A stretch of DNA of 64,000 nucleotides. It comes from Trichodelitschia bisporula. Taxonomy: Eukaryota. Both the position numbers and the translations under genes were made by a program. Shown piece by piece: positions 11,014 to 23,902 of this stretch (position 1 is the first letter of the stretch; every line of letters starts with the position of its first letter). The DNA lies in assembly GCA_010356995.1 (NCBI GenBank), contig ML996691.1, positions 564,174 to 628,173 of the forward strand, given 5' to 3'. The notes under the pieces are model-generated. The model saw only the letters and a list, made by a program, of their open reading frames with translations. It did not search any database and was not told the origin of the DNA.

Positions 11014-13097
11014 ATGTCGCGCGCACACGATGTGATTACGAGGGGTGCCTTGAAGTATGCATGCCTTGATCCTTCCAAGAACGTCTTTGCTGATCGCTTC
11101 TTTGCAGCACAATCTTCTCGCAGGGCCAGGATCCAGACTTTCAGCCGGTCATGCAATGTCTGCAGGTCAAGCCTATGGCGGCGAAGGATGCCCAGGAGAG
11201 GTATCGAGTGATTCTGTCCGATGTCGACAACTTCATCCAGGCTATGCTGGCAACTCGTAAGCCGTCCTCTAGCTGGTTGAGAACGCCCCTGACAATGAGT
11301 AGAGAGCAATTACTTGGTGACCCAGGGCATTCTGAAGAAGAATTGCGTCCTGCGTTTGACTTCCTACAATCCCAATGTGGTTAAGGACAAGAAGTGCGCT
11401 ATAGCGTCTCCCCTTCCATTCCGTCACTGACCAGTGGAAAGGATTCTCATCATCATGGACGCCGAGGTCCTCACGGAGTATGGCGAGCCAGAAAAAATTG
11501 GGGAGCCTGTGAACTTGGTGCCGGCTCAACAACCGCAGCAGCAGCAGCAGCAGCAGCACCAGGCTGCTGCGCCTGCCCCCATCTCCGGCGGCAACTTCTA
11601 CGGCAATCGGCCCGTGATCAAGCCAGAATACGGCCAGCAGCATCAGCCAGTTTCTGCGCTTCCCTCCCGGCCAGTCGCTCCGACCCACGAAGGAGTCATT
11701 CATCCAATCGAGGCCATATCCCCCTACAATCACCGCTGGACCATCAAAGCGAGAGTTACATCTAGGGCTCCCGAGCGAACATGGCAGAATGATAGGGGTG
11801 GTGGGAAGATCTTGAGCGTCAATCTCATGGACGAGACTGGGGAGATCCGTGCCACAGCGTTCAGTTCGATGGGGGATACATACGACCACCTTTTCAACAT
11901 TCTGCAGGAAGGTGGCGTCTACTACATCTCCAGTCCGTGCCAGGTGAAACTGGCTAAGAAGCAGTTTTCAAACCTGAATAACGACTATGAGTTGACCTTC
12001 GAAGCAGCTACCAAAGTTGAAAAGGCTGAGGATGCTTCTAACGTACCCATGGTCCGGTACAACTTCACCAGTCTTGGGGACCTGAATTCCGTCGAAAACA
12101 ACAATTCCATCGACACCATAGGCATTCTCAAGGAAGTTGGAGAGCTTTCCCAGATCATCGCCAAGTCAACCCAAAAGACCTACGACAAGCGTGACCTGAC
12201 AATAGCTGATCAGTCAGGTTTTCAGGTGAGATTGACGGTCTGGGGGAATACGGCACAGAGCTTCGATGCACCTATCGACTCCGTCCTCGCCTTCAAGGGC
12301 GCCAAGGTTTCGGACTATAACGGGAAAAGCCTATCTCTTCTCAGCTCCGGTTCGATGACCGTGGATCCTGACATCGATGAGGCTCATAAGCTCAAGGGCT
12401 GGTACGATGCCCAGGGCCGAGGGGAAACCTTTACAAGCCATGCTGGCACGGGTACCATGTCTCGCAACGATCCGTTTAAGACCATTGAGCAGGTGCAAGC
12501 CGAGACCGGAGATCTTGGCGATCAGCCTGTCTATTTTACCTTGAAGGCGACTGTCACTATCGCTCATTCCAAGAACCCCTACTATCCCGCCTGTCCAACT
12601 GACCGATGCAACAAGAAAGTCATCCAGACGGAGGTCGGCCCGCCCGCGGAGTGGCGCTGCGAAAGCTGCGACAAGTCCTTCCCAGCTCCAGTCTACCGGT
12701 ACATCCTCACTATCTACGTGCTAGATCACACTGGTCCCATGTGGCTGAGCACATTTGATGAAGCGGGCAGGGTCATCATGGGCCGTCCTGCCGAAGAGCT
12801 GGAGCAGATCAAGGAGCTTGGCGAGGAGGGCGACGCTCAGTTGAACCAGGCCTTCCAGGATGCTGCTGGCAAGACATACATCTTCAGATGCAGGGCGAAG
12901 ATGGACACATTCGGTGATACGCCGCGGTAAGTTACTATATCGGATTCTGAAGTGTTGGCTAATGGAACATTAGCGTCAAATATAGTGTCCTGTCGCTTAC
13001 TCCTATGAACTACACAGCGGAGATCTCAAAGCTGACGGATTTGATGAAGGAATATACTCTGCAGAATCAGCAGAATGACAGTCTCTTTGTGCAGTAA
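11014..13097 (+). CDS. RFA1: Replication protein A 70 kDa subunit
   Basis: Exons 11014-11054, 11108-11256, 11303-11393, 11442-12926, 12974-13097. Motifs IEAISPYNHRWTIKARV, NLMDETGEIRATAF, AHKLKGWYD and zinc finger CPTDRC...CESC. Poly-Q linker (CAG)7 at 11536-11556. Confidence 0.96.
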
Positions 13098-13269
13098 CCG
13101 GTTGTATGACGATCATCAAGGGTGGCGGTAATGTTGGCTCATGGGTTTCATGGGAACTTCAATGAGGGAGGCAAATATGGGGTTGGCTTCCATCTATCTG
13201 GCTACAACAGCGTTCTGTGGTTAACCAAGCGAAGACAATCTTATCTAGTAAACATCCCTGATGTGTGGT

Positions 13270-14355
13270 CTATGTGCGCCTCCTGCCAAACACCCTGAAA
13301 CGCTTGATACCGCCGTCTGGTATCATGACCAGCTTCGCGTGCGAGTACACGGCATCACTGACACTCTGCAGCTGACCAGCCGCGTACTCATGCTCCTGAT
13401 CCGGGCCAGTCTTTTGCGGCGACAGCACTTCCACCCAGTCTGGATCATCCGCCCTGGGAACCCCATCAGAAAGGATGGCAAACACCTGAACCTTCTGCGG
13501 GAAGTTCCCACGAAAATGCGCTGTGTCAACCACAAGCCGATCAATCAGCCCCTTGGCCCCAAACTTGATAATTGCCCAATCGACATGCTCTCCCCTCGTC
13601 CGCTTCGTCTCCCACCCGTCCCCCATATCCACACCCCTGCCCGGCAGTAGCAAGTTGTGAATCGTCCCAAAATGCTGATCCGAGCAGTCAAGCGCCAGGC
13701 CCCCGTTCACCGTGGCAGCAAGATCGAACTCATCATCCACGCTCGCCGGGAACACCGGCACCGCGACGCCATACAACCTAAACCGCGCAATCCCACCATC
13801 AGGATACATGAGCAGACGCACATGCGTATACGCCTTCTCCGTCAAACCTTCCAAGCGCCACGCCTGTCGCCTACTCGGGCCGCACTCGCGCACCGGCAGG
13901 ATGGTCTCCCACCCATCAAAGTCCGCAGCCGAGACACGCGCGTCCGCGCCCTCATCCTCGGCGAACACGCCCTGCACGCTGATCTCCGGCGCATGGTTCC
14001 CGTCAAAGAACGCCGTGTCGATTTCCACGCCCGCGACCCGCCCGCTCGCTACGCCTAGCCGGATCACGACCCAGTCGTAGGGCGCGGGGTTGTGCCGCCG
14101 TGTCTCCCATCCGTCGTACCAGGCGCCGGCGTGGGTGAAGACGCCGGCTTTGCGCACTGGGGGTGTGGTGGTGGTGAGGTTGGCGGCTTCGGCGAACCAT
14201 TCGTCAGAGAGGGAGAGGATGCGGGAGCCGAGGGGTTTGGAGATTAGGTCTGGTGGTAGAGATGTTAGTGGTGGTAGGGAGAGTGGGTGGGGAGGAGGGG
14301 TACCGGTGTAGCTGCTGAAGGTGGACTTGATATCGTCTGCTTGGATGGAGGCCAT
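13270..14355 (-). CDS. DAL2: Allantoicase
   Basis: Two allantoicase repeats (DGWETRRHN, DTAFFDGNH / DGWETKRTR, DTAHFRGNFP, PDGGI). Probable 54-nt in-frame intron 14303-14250 (GTACCC...CTAAC...CAG). Confidence 0.95.
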   Translation of the reverse strand: MASIQADDIKSTFSSYTGTPPPHPLSLPPLTSLPPDLISKPLGSRILSLSDEWFAEAANLTTTTPPVRKAGVFTHAGAWYDGWETRRHNPAPYDWVVIRLGVASGRVAGVEIDTAFFDGNHAPEISVQGVFAEDEGADARVSAADFDGWETILPVRECGPSRRQAWRLEGLTEKAYTHVRLLMYPDGGIARFRLYGVAVPVFPASVDDEFDLAATVNGGLALDCSDQHFGTIHNLLLPGRGVDMGDGWETKRTRGEHVDWAIIKFGAKGLIDRLVVDTAHFRGNFPQKVQVFAILSDGVPRADDPDWVEVLSPQKTGPDQEHEYAAGQLQSVSDAVYSHAKLVMIPDGGIKRFRVFGRRRT

Positions 14356-15152
14356 GATGGATGTATGCTAGCTCTGGATTTAATTGGATTAGATGCGTAC
14401 AGGAGAAGCAAAGTTAAGGAATAAGGAAATCCAAGCAGTGGGGACGAGGCGGTACGCCTTTATACGCAGCCTTCCATCTGCCGATATTCGGGATGCAACC
14501 GCGGGGACCAGCTTACAGTTGCGGGGAGAGGCTAGAGCTTCGAAAACTTTCTCCGGTGGCGGCACGAACTGGGAGTTAACGATGAGGGGATCTGGGGTAG
14601 GTATTCTGTCATCCAACGAACGCAACCAAATCTCGCAGCAGCTATCTCTGTGCCCATTCCTATCGAGTAATCGCGAATCGCGGCCACCTCCGATAGCCCT
14701 TGTCCAGGATGGATCCTAGCATGGGACGTTTCCCTTAGGCCCCGCTGGCTCGGCACATGATACGTGATGCCGGCAGCGGAAGCGGACAGTCAAAAATCGG
14801 GAATGTCTGCTGATTTCTGAATACATTGCTCTCTCAGTATCTGCGGGTTCGATCCATTTGAGTTGGGTTCTTCGTAACCAGATTCAAATTAGAGAACTCC
14901 TTTGGGCGCTAGGTAGGCTATAGGAGATAGAAGCACCATGAAATCACAGAACCTGTTACGACAAACTACGTCCCTTAGTGTGGCCGGGGTAGCGTTTGAA
15001 GAATGATAGTCTACGGTAGTGGTATAAGGCTGGTCATACTCGGGCGGTATGAGCCCGATGCTATCAAATATACAGTTACTCCCAGATCTCCGCTTCCAAT
15101 ACATACTAGTGCTCAAGAACTTTCCTGCCAACTAATGGGTGCAAGAACCAGC

Positions 15153-18099
15153 TTATACGATGCCGAAGGTGCGTTTAGCAATGAAGAAGCACAGCAATCC
15201 AAACAATAGAAGCGCAACCGACACGCTGTAGAACCAGGTTAGGCCGTCGCTCTCCTGGCCAGGTACCGGAAAGTTTGAGCCGAACATGCCAGTGACAATG
15301 TTCATGGGAAGAACAATCGTGCCCAGTACCGTGAGCTTGCTAAGCATGCTGTTCGTTTGTTCGCCTTTTTCAGTTTGGCGGATGTTTATTTGGGCCAGGT
15401 AGTTGCTGTGGACCCGGGAGAGAAGGCTGCATGATGTTAGCGGACGCGAGTGCAGAGGAAGGGGACACTACTTTTCATGGTACGTCAGGGCGCCAACCAT
15501 GGTGACAATGTGATCCTGAATATCTCCAAGATAAAGACCGATCTCGCTTCTTGGAGCAACCTCCGACGTTTCGTTGCATCGCTTCGCAAAGCCTTTAATG
15601 ACATCCGCCTTGTAACCAAGCAACCGCAAAAAGGTGATGACCTTCTTTCGGCACTTTCCGATCCGACGTAGCATATCGCTTGCATTCATCACAGTTGTGG
15701 CGGAAGTGATGATAGAAAGCTTGTCGGACTCGATATACGAGCCACGCTTCTCTGGATCCCCCTTTTCCTGTGTGGAATGTAATCCTAGGATAGCCGAGTC
15801 AATCGCGTCGACTTCATCCTCAATGCTTTCAATCAAGGGAGCATAGCAATCGGTGATGTCGTCAATGAGCGCATACGAAATCCAATCTGTGGACAAGACT
15901 AGATAGTCACTCAGTTGGCGTATGCGGCGCCGCACGTTCGCGGGATGAGGAGTCTGAGAATGATGAAACTTTATGGTAATGAAATTAGCAGGTCAGCAGC
16001 AGCAGATTTTTATTCCACTTACACTGAGCACGCATTCGCGGAATACGACTACATAGACGTTGAGAGGTTCCAGGTAGTCTTCGCTGGTCGGATCTTGCTC
16101 AAAACTCCTGTAATTGACGAAGTAACTGCCGAAGAGTCAGTAAGCATTCAACAGCGCGATAATCATAACCTACTAGTTCGAAAATAGTTCGACCTTCTCT
16201 CGGTTCTCTTCGGTGATTATATCTTCAGTAGTCAGTGGGTGGATGCCGAAGGTCTTTGACAGTATTTTCATCTCCGAGTCCGTCGGACAGAGTACGTCCA
16301 ACCAGTATATTGGACGCGACCCGTATTTCTTTGGCTTTCCGTTGTGGTGATCTAAATGATGGAGTGAAGACCGCCCAGTTTCATGGTTTGCATCCGACAG
16401 CCGGTGTCTCCGGGGGAAGTAGGAAACCTGCTGCTCGGTGGGTTGCTTTGGGAACGATCCGACGAGGGGAGAGGGACTCCGGTGGGTGGTATTTTCATCA
16501 TGATGGGTATCATCTCCTTCATCTGAGCTGTCGTCAGACAGCAGAGGTGGATCGGGAATGAGTAGATCCCGGAATGTCTGGCCTTCCTGAGGAAGCTCTG
16601 AGAGAGTCTGGCTGTGAATGGTGCTATGGAAGTCTTCGTTGAAGTAGGTGAATCGGTACGGCGCTTCCTCTTCTTCCCTATGCCAAGTAATCTTCCGAGG
16701 GCGTAGACGTCCTCCGACAAGCAAAGGCTCACTAATCTTCCTTGCACGAATCCCCTCCATCGTCCGTTCTTCCTTTTCTTCGAGGGCCCAGGCTTCGAGC
16801 ACGGCAAGGTCCGGCCACACGCGACGCCTTCGCCTTCTCCCTCTCACGGAGCTTTGGTCCCGGTCCCGTTCGTGCTTGGAGGCTGCCTCGTCAATTGACA
16901 TGTCTTCTTGTGGGAAGCAAACGTCGTCCTCGGCGGCGTTAGTCATGCGCCTCTTCAGTCCGGAGTCCTGTGGAGGCGACGTAGAGTGGCCATATCTGTT
17001 TCGAATAGAACTCTCGTCAACGTCGAGAACCACATCGCGAGCCCCGTTTAAGCTCGGTGGGGTGGCGTCGCCTTCGATATCCGACCCGTGTAGCATGACA
17101 TCGTCATATCGAAAGTCGGGGCTCAGAATTGGACTGGGAGGTACCGATGGAGGATTGTTGATGTCATAAGAACCGTCTCGTCCGTCCGCCCGATCTTGAG
17201 AATGCCGACTTCCCAATGCTTTCCTGCGGGCGGATGCCAGTGAGTCCGAAGACCGCTCCCTTTCGATAGGCAGGTTGCTTGAGCCATTGCCAGCATAGGA
17301 TATTCCGCGAGGTGTGGTAGCTCCCCGATTCTTAATAGATGTCCCGAGCAGCGGGGTCCCATCATCAGCACCGACTGCTTCCTCGTCCTCTTCGCTGTAG
17401 GAGGCCCGAATGACTCGGCTCAACCTCGAGCGCGTTAAATTGGAAGCACGGTGCGGCGTGGAGGTGGATTGGCGACGAGTTGAGGGGAGACCTAGAGACT
17501 GGGTGGAATGAGCCGCAGCTTGACCGACTGCACTCTGCCGGCGGGCTTGCATCGGAACTTGCTGGCTTTGGACTATCAGTGAATGATCCTGTAGGAATAG
17601 GGGCCGTAGATCACTTCTTGACGTACCGATGGTCAAGCAAGGCCTCGCTCTCCAAGCTCGTATTGCTTTTCGGACCTCCAGGTATGAGGTAGAAGGTATC
17701 TCGCGAGCCCGAGGCTGTCATCGGCCCATCTAGGTGTGGCGAATGTGACTCTTCATCAGGACCAACCTCCACTGCAGGTGCCGCAAACGATTGACGCCGG
17801 TTTCGTCTCTTCTTCCCTCCCTTGTGCTTCTTCTTCTTGGGTGCCGGCGGATGATCAGCGTTGCGCGAAGACGTCTGGGCTTCCTGCTGATGCGGTTGAG
17901 AGGTGTTGAAGCGGGGGCGTCGTTGTGCTTCGGCAGAGGGGGCGACGGCAGAGAAAGGTGAGACTTGAGGAGCAACCCCGGAAGCCTGCCCGAATGACCA
18001 CGGCGTGCGAGAAGTCGGATTGAGTGCTTCGGGACTAGCAGACACCTTTGACATCTCGCCTTCACCCGGAGAAGGGCTTCGATCGCGTCGTGACGCCAT
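15153..18099 (-). CDS. MNR2: CorA-family Mg2+ transporter, Mnr2-like (Alr1/Mnr2 family)
   Basis: Five exons (introns ~17626-17566, ~16174-16126, ~16022-15969, ~15471-15428). Motifs YRFTYFNE..STIHS, WLDVLCPT, FGIHPLTTEDI, REKVELF, DWISYALIDDITD, LYLGDIQDH and two C-terminal TM helices. Signature reads GSN rather than GMN. Mnr2 versus Alr1 subtype is from remembered motifs. Confidence 0.85.
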
Positions 18100-18855
18100 T
18101 GGATAGGTGGTTGCGGGAAACGTAAATGGAGGCGGATGGAGCTTTTGAGCAACCGCGCCGTGCTTCTCGATTTAACCGGCTTCAGAAAGATGCAGGCGAT
18201 GCGAAAGGTGCCGACGTGAGTGAAAGCGATGAATGTATCCTACGGTAGAGAGTGACGGGGGTACTGGGAGCGCCAACGGGGGGTCAGCGAGCGAGTGACG
18301 CAGCGGCACCGATATCATAGGCTCGGATATGGTTTGAGATGGCGTTATCGTTGGAATGGTCTGCAGTCGGAACTTAATGATGTGCAAAAAGTGGAAAGGA
18401 TGCTGGACTACTCTTCTCGGGTACGGACAAGCCCACAAATGGACTGACAGCACTACAGTACGGATGTAAGAGGAGGCACACGAGCTTTGCACTTCAACGG
18501 GGTGTGACGCAAGGCGGGTACCGCCAAGCTTCAATGCGGTCCCGACAAGCTCCCCCTGGACCAACCGGAAAAGTGCCTGCCTGTGACACTGTGGCGCTTT
18601 GAGCCTCAATTACCTTCGTACATCCATTAATGGAGCTCTGTACTCGTCAACGCTTTCGCTACTGCACTGTAAGTTGTTACAGCACAGTATTGACATTCAA
18701 TCATCATACAGAGTACTGCAGATCGTCAATTCTACTACGTAGGGTTGAATTTTGCCTGCTCTATGGATACCATGGACTCCCTCATACCCTCACCTGCTTA
18801 TGCGCTATGCACAACAAACGCCCATGATGCACATTTTAACCAGCTCGAATTCTGC

Positions 18856-21800
18856 TCAAGAACCACGCTTCCCATCCTTCAGCGAAGCATTAGCACAGAC
18901 CTGCTCAAACATCGCCATCCATCGCTTGAGGCCCGGACTAAGGTCTTTGGTCGGGGCTTTGAGCTTCTTCTCAACGATCTCTTCCATCTTTTTCCTGAAC
19001 ACCTTCAGGGCGATGGTTCCTTTCCAGCCATCAATCTTCCATCTCATCCGGTTTCCGTCGATAACCACCAGTCCAGCATACACCTTGAACTCAGCCTCGC
19101 CAGCCAACAGCATGAGGGGAAGATCTTGAACCCCGTTAGTGGACATGGCGTTGTACGGCCTGTTGCCACTCATTTGCATCATGGAGTAATACGAAACGTA
19201 TTTGAGGTTCGGGTTGCGCTTATTCACCGACGATGGATGCAGTGAGACTGACTGGCTGTTGGCGACGTTGCGCCAGCCTTTGCCGTCCCGAACCAGAAGC
19301 TTCGGATAGAATGACCAGGCGATGACGGCGGTTGTAACCACCTCGTTGTCACTGTTGATGTCGGCCCCTTCAGGCATTTGGACAAACGGGCGACCCCGCC
19401 CGTATGCTCCATACCTGTTGAGGTTCTGGCGGATACTAGACACCTTCAACAGTCCGGTTTCCCCCAGGGCGGTCAAGAGCTGGGCTTTCAGATCTTCAAC
19501 GCTGGTCAAGTTTTCGTTGCTGAGAAAGTTTTTATGGCAAAAGCCAGCAACCGATTTGTCCGGGGATTGAGCAACCTTTCGCCATGCGCAGTAGGCATTG
19601 TATGCCGTCAGCAAATCGGAATCGCCTTTGGCAAATGCCAGACGCACACTGTCCGCTCGCTGCTTGGCACCGAATGGAGTGATGAAGGGCGACTTGGAGG
19701 AAAGGATCGCCGCAACTGTGAGTCCCATATCCAGGCAGCCAAATATCGCGGAGAGCAAACATAACTTCCCCAAGCTCGCATCTAAGGGCAATTTTGCGAG
19801 CTGATTCCCGAGGGACGTGAGATCTTCGTTCGTTGTCAATGCACCAACCTCGATTAGTGCATCGACAGCCCTTTGAATGTTCTTAGATGATGGTGGATCA
19901 AGAGCATCCGAGAGCGTCTGTTCAACGTCACCAAGTCCGCACACTTTGACGCGCATGACAAGATCCTGTAATGACAGGCGAAGCATTTCAGGGGTTTGCT
20001 GCGGCGCCATGAGTTCGTCGTGCCGGTAGCGAGTGAAAAGATGGAAGCAGAGGCCCTCTTGAACACGCCCAGCTCTTCCACGACGCTGCTTCGCGTTGGC
20101 GCGGGATATGAAAGACTGGATTAGTCGCGAAAGCTGCCGCCGTTCGTCGTATCTCATCTCCTTGTGCTTTCCAGTGTCGATGACGCAGGTGATGTCGGGA
20201 ATTGTAATCCCGGTCTCCGCGATGTTCGTTGCCAGAACAATTTTCCGAACGCCTGGAGGAGGAAAGGAGAAGGCTCGCTGCTGGTCTTCGGTGGCGATAG
20301 AGGAGTGAAGCGGGATAATCCATGTGTTGTGCATGAAACTGTTCGATCCAACGAGCATGTCGTTTAACTCTCGGATCTCCGCCATTCCTGGGAGGAACAC
20401 CAGAATCGCCTTGCTATAGTCGATGTATATCGGATCGCTGGCTACTCGCTCCACTACACCGGATAGTTAGCAGGACCATACTGGACAAGGGTACTTTACG
20501 AATGTGCTTACTGAGTTTGATGATGAGGTCATAATCGATTCGGTACTCATCGTACGTTTCCAAAGTCTTTCGAGTATGCGAACTGTATCCCTGAAGCTGC
20601 TTCGGAATGCCGGAAGTTTCTTGATCAACATTCACATCGGTATCCGAATCAGCTGCGGACCCAATCGGCATTTTGCCCCCGCCGGAATAATGCGTCAGTT
20701 CAATGGCGTCCTCCAGGAACCTGGTCTGCACAGGAAAGGTGCGACCAGGAACTTCAATGATGGGAGCACCGCCCAGGTACCGGGAGATCCGGTTTGCGTC
20801 TATAGTCGCACTCATCAAGATAACCTTCAGCTCTGGACGGCGGAGTATGAGAGATCTCATCACTATCAAAAGAAAATCTGTGTCAATCGATCTTTCGTGA
20901 ACCTCATCTATGATCAGATGGGTGATGTCGTCTAGGCCTAACGATGATTCGAGCATGCGCAACACTATTCCGATGGTCGAGTACACAAGCCGAGTCTGGG
21001 GAGACATCCGGGATTCGAGTCTTATGGCATAGCCAACAAGTGAACGAGGGGTTCCTAGCTCTCCCGGAGCTTCACCCAGCTCTTCGCTGACACGTCGAGC
21101 AAGGGACACGGCTGATATCCGCCGTGGTTGTGTACAATAGATTTTACAGGAGTTACCCCGGGCCAACTCATGCTCCAGAATGTACGCGGGAAGCTGGGTG
21201 CTCTTGCCGCATCCGGTTTCTCCGCAGAGAATGACGACTTGGTTTCCATCAATCATCGCCAGTGCGGCCTCACGGAAGCCAAACATTGGAAGCGTCATGC
21301 GGGAAGTAAGCATGTACTGGTATGAGCGAGTAGAAGCCTTGCGGGCCCACAGAGCCATCAAGTCTTTGGAAGGTGCTGCAGATGCCGCTTTGCTTTCAGA
21401 CTGATCTCGACTGGAATCCGTACCATTGAGCCCTCTGGTTCGGCCTCGGAAAGCAGATGCCAAAACAACACCGTCCTCCTCTTCAGTTTTACTGTGGTCG
21501 AACACTGCGCCGCGGATCAACTTTAGCGTTTCGCGGTCAGCGATATCGGTTTGCTCTTTCAAGTGATCGCCAAGCTCGGTGTATAGCTCTCTCCAAGCGG
21601 CCGGGAGCTTCGTCCAAGCCTTGTCCTCCTTTGCCGCCGAAGATAACAGGTAGAACAAAGCAACTGTAGAGACGAACCCTTCGCTCTGCTTTTGGTCAGG
21701 AGTCGCAATCCCAATCATGCCGAATGACACTTCCGAAATTTGACTGCCGTCCCTGGAAGAACTCTTTTGAACAACTGATATCCACGGCACGTGCGTATCA

Positions 21801-23383
21801 AGGAGCCTGGGCTGGTCTCTCGACCAAGTGATCACAACCATATGCCGATTGGTGAAGCTCGACCTAGAGATCAGCTTGAAGTTCAGCTTCACGCCTGGAT
21901 CTCTTGCTCTGCATGCGTCATCGAGAACTCTACGAGGGCTCATTCCAACCGCTTTCCCGAAATCTCGGAGAATAATCGTTGGGCCAGTACTGCTTTCGGA
22001 ATTTTTCAAATTCGTGACCTCTCCACCAGGCTCCGTAAACATGTCTCCCAGGCCATCATCTCCAGAATCTGTCACCGATTCCGACTCTTCGCCGGTGGAC
22101 CCTTCGTCGGGGATAATTGCAGACGGCTTCTTGGGGGATTCACTGCGTATAGCAAGAGGCTGAAGTCGTCTCTCCAAAGCAGCTACTTGCGCAAGCTGAT
22201 TGCGTTTCGCCGTCCAGAGTGCAAGAGCTTCGTCCTTGTCGAACAAGATGTCAGACTCAATGAGATCGAGCTTTGATTGGAGCTTCCGCCAACTGGGGGT
22301 CGACTCGGGGGAAGCCTTGAGCTTGTGGTTGACTTTGCCGCCGAATTTCCTGACTTGCGCCTTGCCATTGGAAGAATCATCGAGTTCTGGATGCAAGCGG
22401 TACATGCGTTCCTTGATCGTCAAGTACGTTGAAACCAGCTCATCGGGTTGCAAGTCGCTTTCGATATCGCTCACGCTGACGTCCTCTTGTACGGCTGGTG
22501 CAGATGGAGGGTCAGGCTTAGATTTGCGGGCGGGAACCCTAGACGAAGACGTAGGTTCCGGGGTGCTTGTCCTGGATGTGCTGGGAGTGCTCGCCATCTC
22601 GCTCTGTTGCCCATACTTGTCCCGCTTCCATTTGGGAGTTTCAGAGCTGGAATTCAGACCGGAATTTGACTGGCTGATGGCATGAACAGTGGTGTTCTGC
22701 TTGCGCTGGATCAAGTTGGGCAGACGTGCTTCATCGAGATCCAGAGCCAACATATCTAGGCTCTCCCTAAGACCCCAAATGTATGACCCGGGGTCTTCAT
22801 ATGGCGGATTCTTGAGCAGCTTCTTCAGATTATCCATGATGCAGTCTTGCGCCACCCCCACGCCTGAAAGTGTCTCGAAAAGCGTCCAGCATTTAATCAA
22901 GAGTTCTTCTTCGGAAGACTTCCTCACAAGAAACGAGGCTTGAGGAGCATAACCGGTCTCAGAAGCGTCCCCCTTGATCAGATCAAATATCTGGGATAGC
23001 AGGTCTCCTGAAAGCCACTGGTTTAGGGCTAGGCTCTGGGCTTCCTGCGAGCGTCTGCAGTCGGTCTGGAGTTTGGATATTTGGCGAGAAGAATCGCGCC
23101 GCACTTTCGCGGCACATTTATCTACGAGCATTTGAAGCTCATTTTGCTCGAGCTGTTGTTCAAACTCTTCGGGAGTTAAATTCAGTAGCTCATTGATCGG
23201 TTCGCTCGGCTCCGGACGGGAAGGCAAATCGGGTTTCGCAACCTGAGGGGTTTCCCGGAGCTGTTGTGGAGTTTCCGTCGGCGTTACTTCAACTTTTTGC
23301 TTCTCTATATTGGCCTTCGAGGCGACAGAGGATGTTGCGAAGCCGCGAGCCGGGTTTACGGCTTGTTTCTTTTTCTTCGCCAT
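18856..23383 (-). CDS. DEAH-box RNA helicase, DHX29/DHX57-like
   Basis: ATG 23383 (MAKKKKQAVNPARGFATSS). One intron, 20511-20454. Motifs GETGCGKST, DEVH, SAT, TNIAETGITI, QRRGRAGR, then HA2/OB region. Confidence 0.92.
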
Positions 23384-23902
23384 GGTTGGATGTAGTGAAA
23401 TTCGGAGTGCAGTGGCGCCAGGTTGGTAAGGTGGAAGATATGGCAACTATGGCGAGAAACCCGCCAGAAAAGTGAGGGAAGGTGGTGCTTTTGTACAATA
23501 TCAAGAGTCATCAATGTCGGTTGCGGCTTGCCACAGCCAGTATCGATCAAGGGCCATGCAAAAAGGTCGTAGCCGCCCCTCTCCGCAAAAACTCTCAGGC
23601 GAGGCGGCCACGACTTCTTCAGGTTGTCCTGAGACGTTAATGCCTTCTTAGTGGCATTTAATGCCTTAGAACCTTAAAAAGGGCTTGGCTAAACGACGTT
23701 GTCTCTTGGAGAGGCATCAAACAGCTACGCTTGTCCCCCATTGCTAAGCTGAACATTGCTCGACAGGACGTGCAGACTCTGACTTCAGCTCCTTTCAAGC
23801 ACCGGACGACCCCCTAAACTTTCTAGTTGCTGGAGACCTTCTGCCGTCAATAACAGCCGCACCACTATTGTCCGAATATCGCGACCCGCGAGCTCTCCCA
23901 CC

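Noticed and set aside
14840..14865. GGTTCGATCC tRNA T-loop-like motif
   Set aside because: No acceptor, D or anticodon stems around it.
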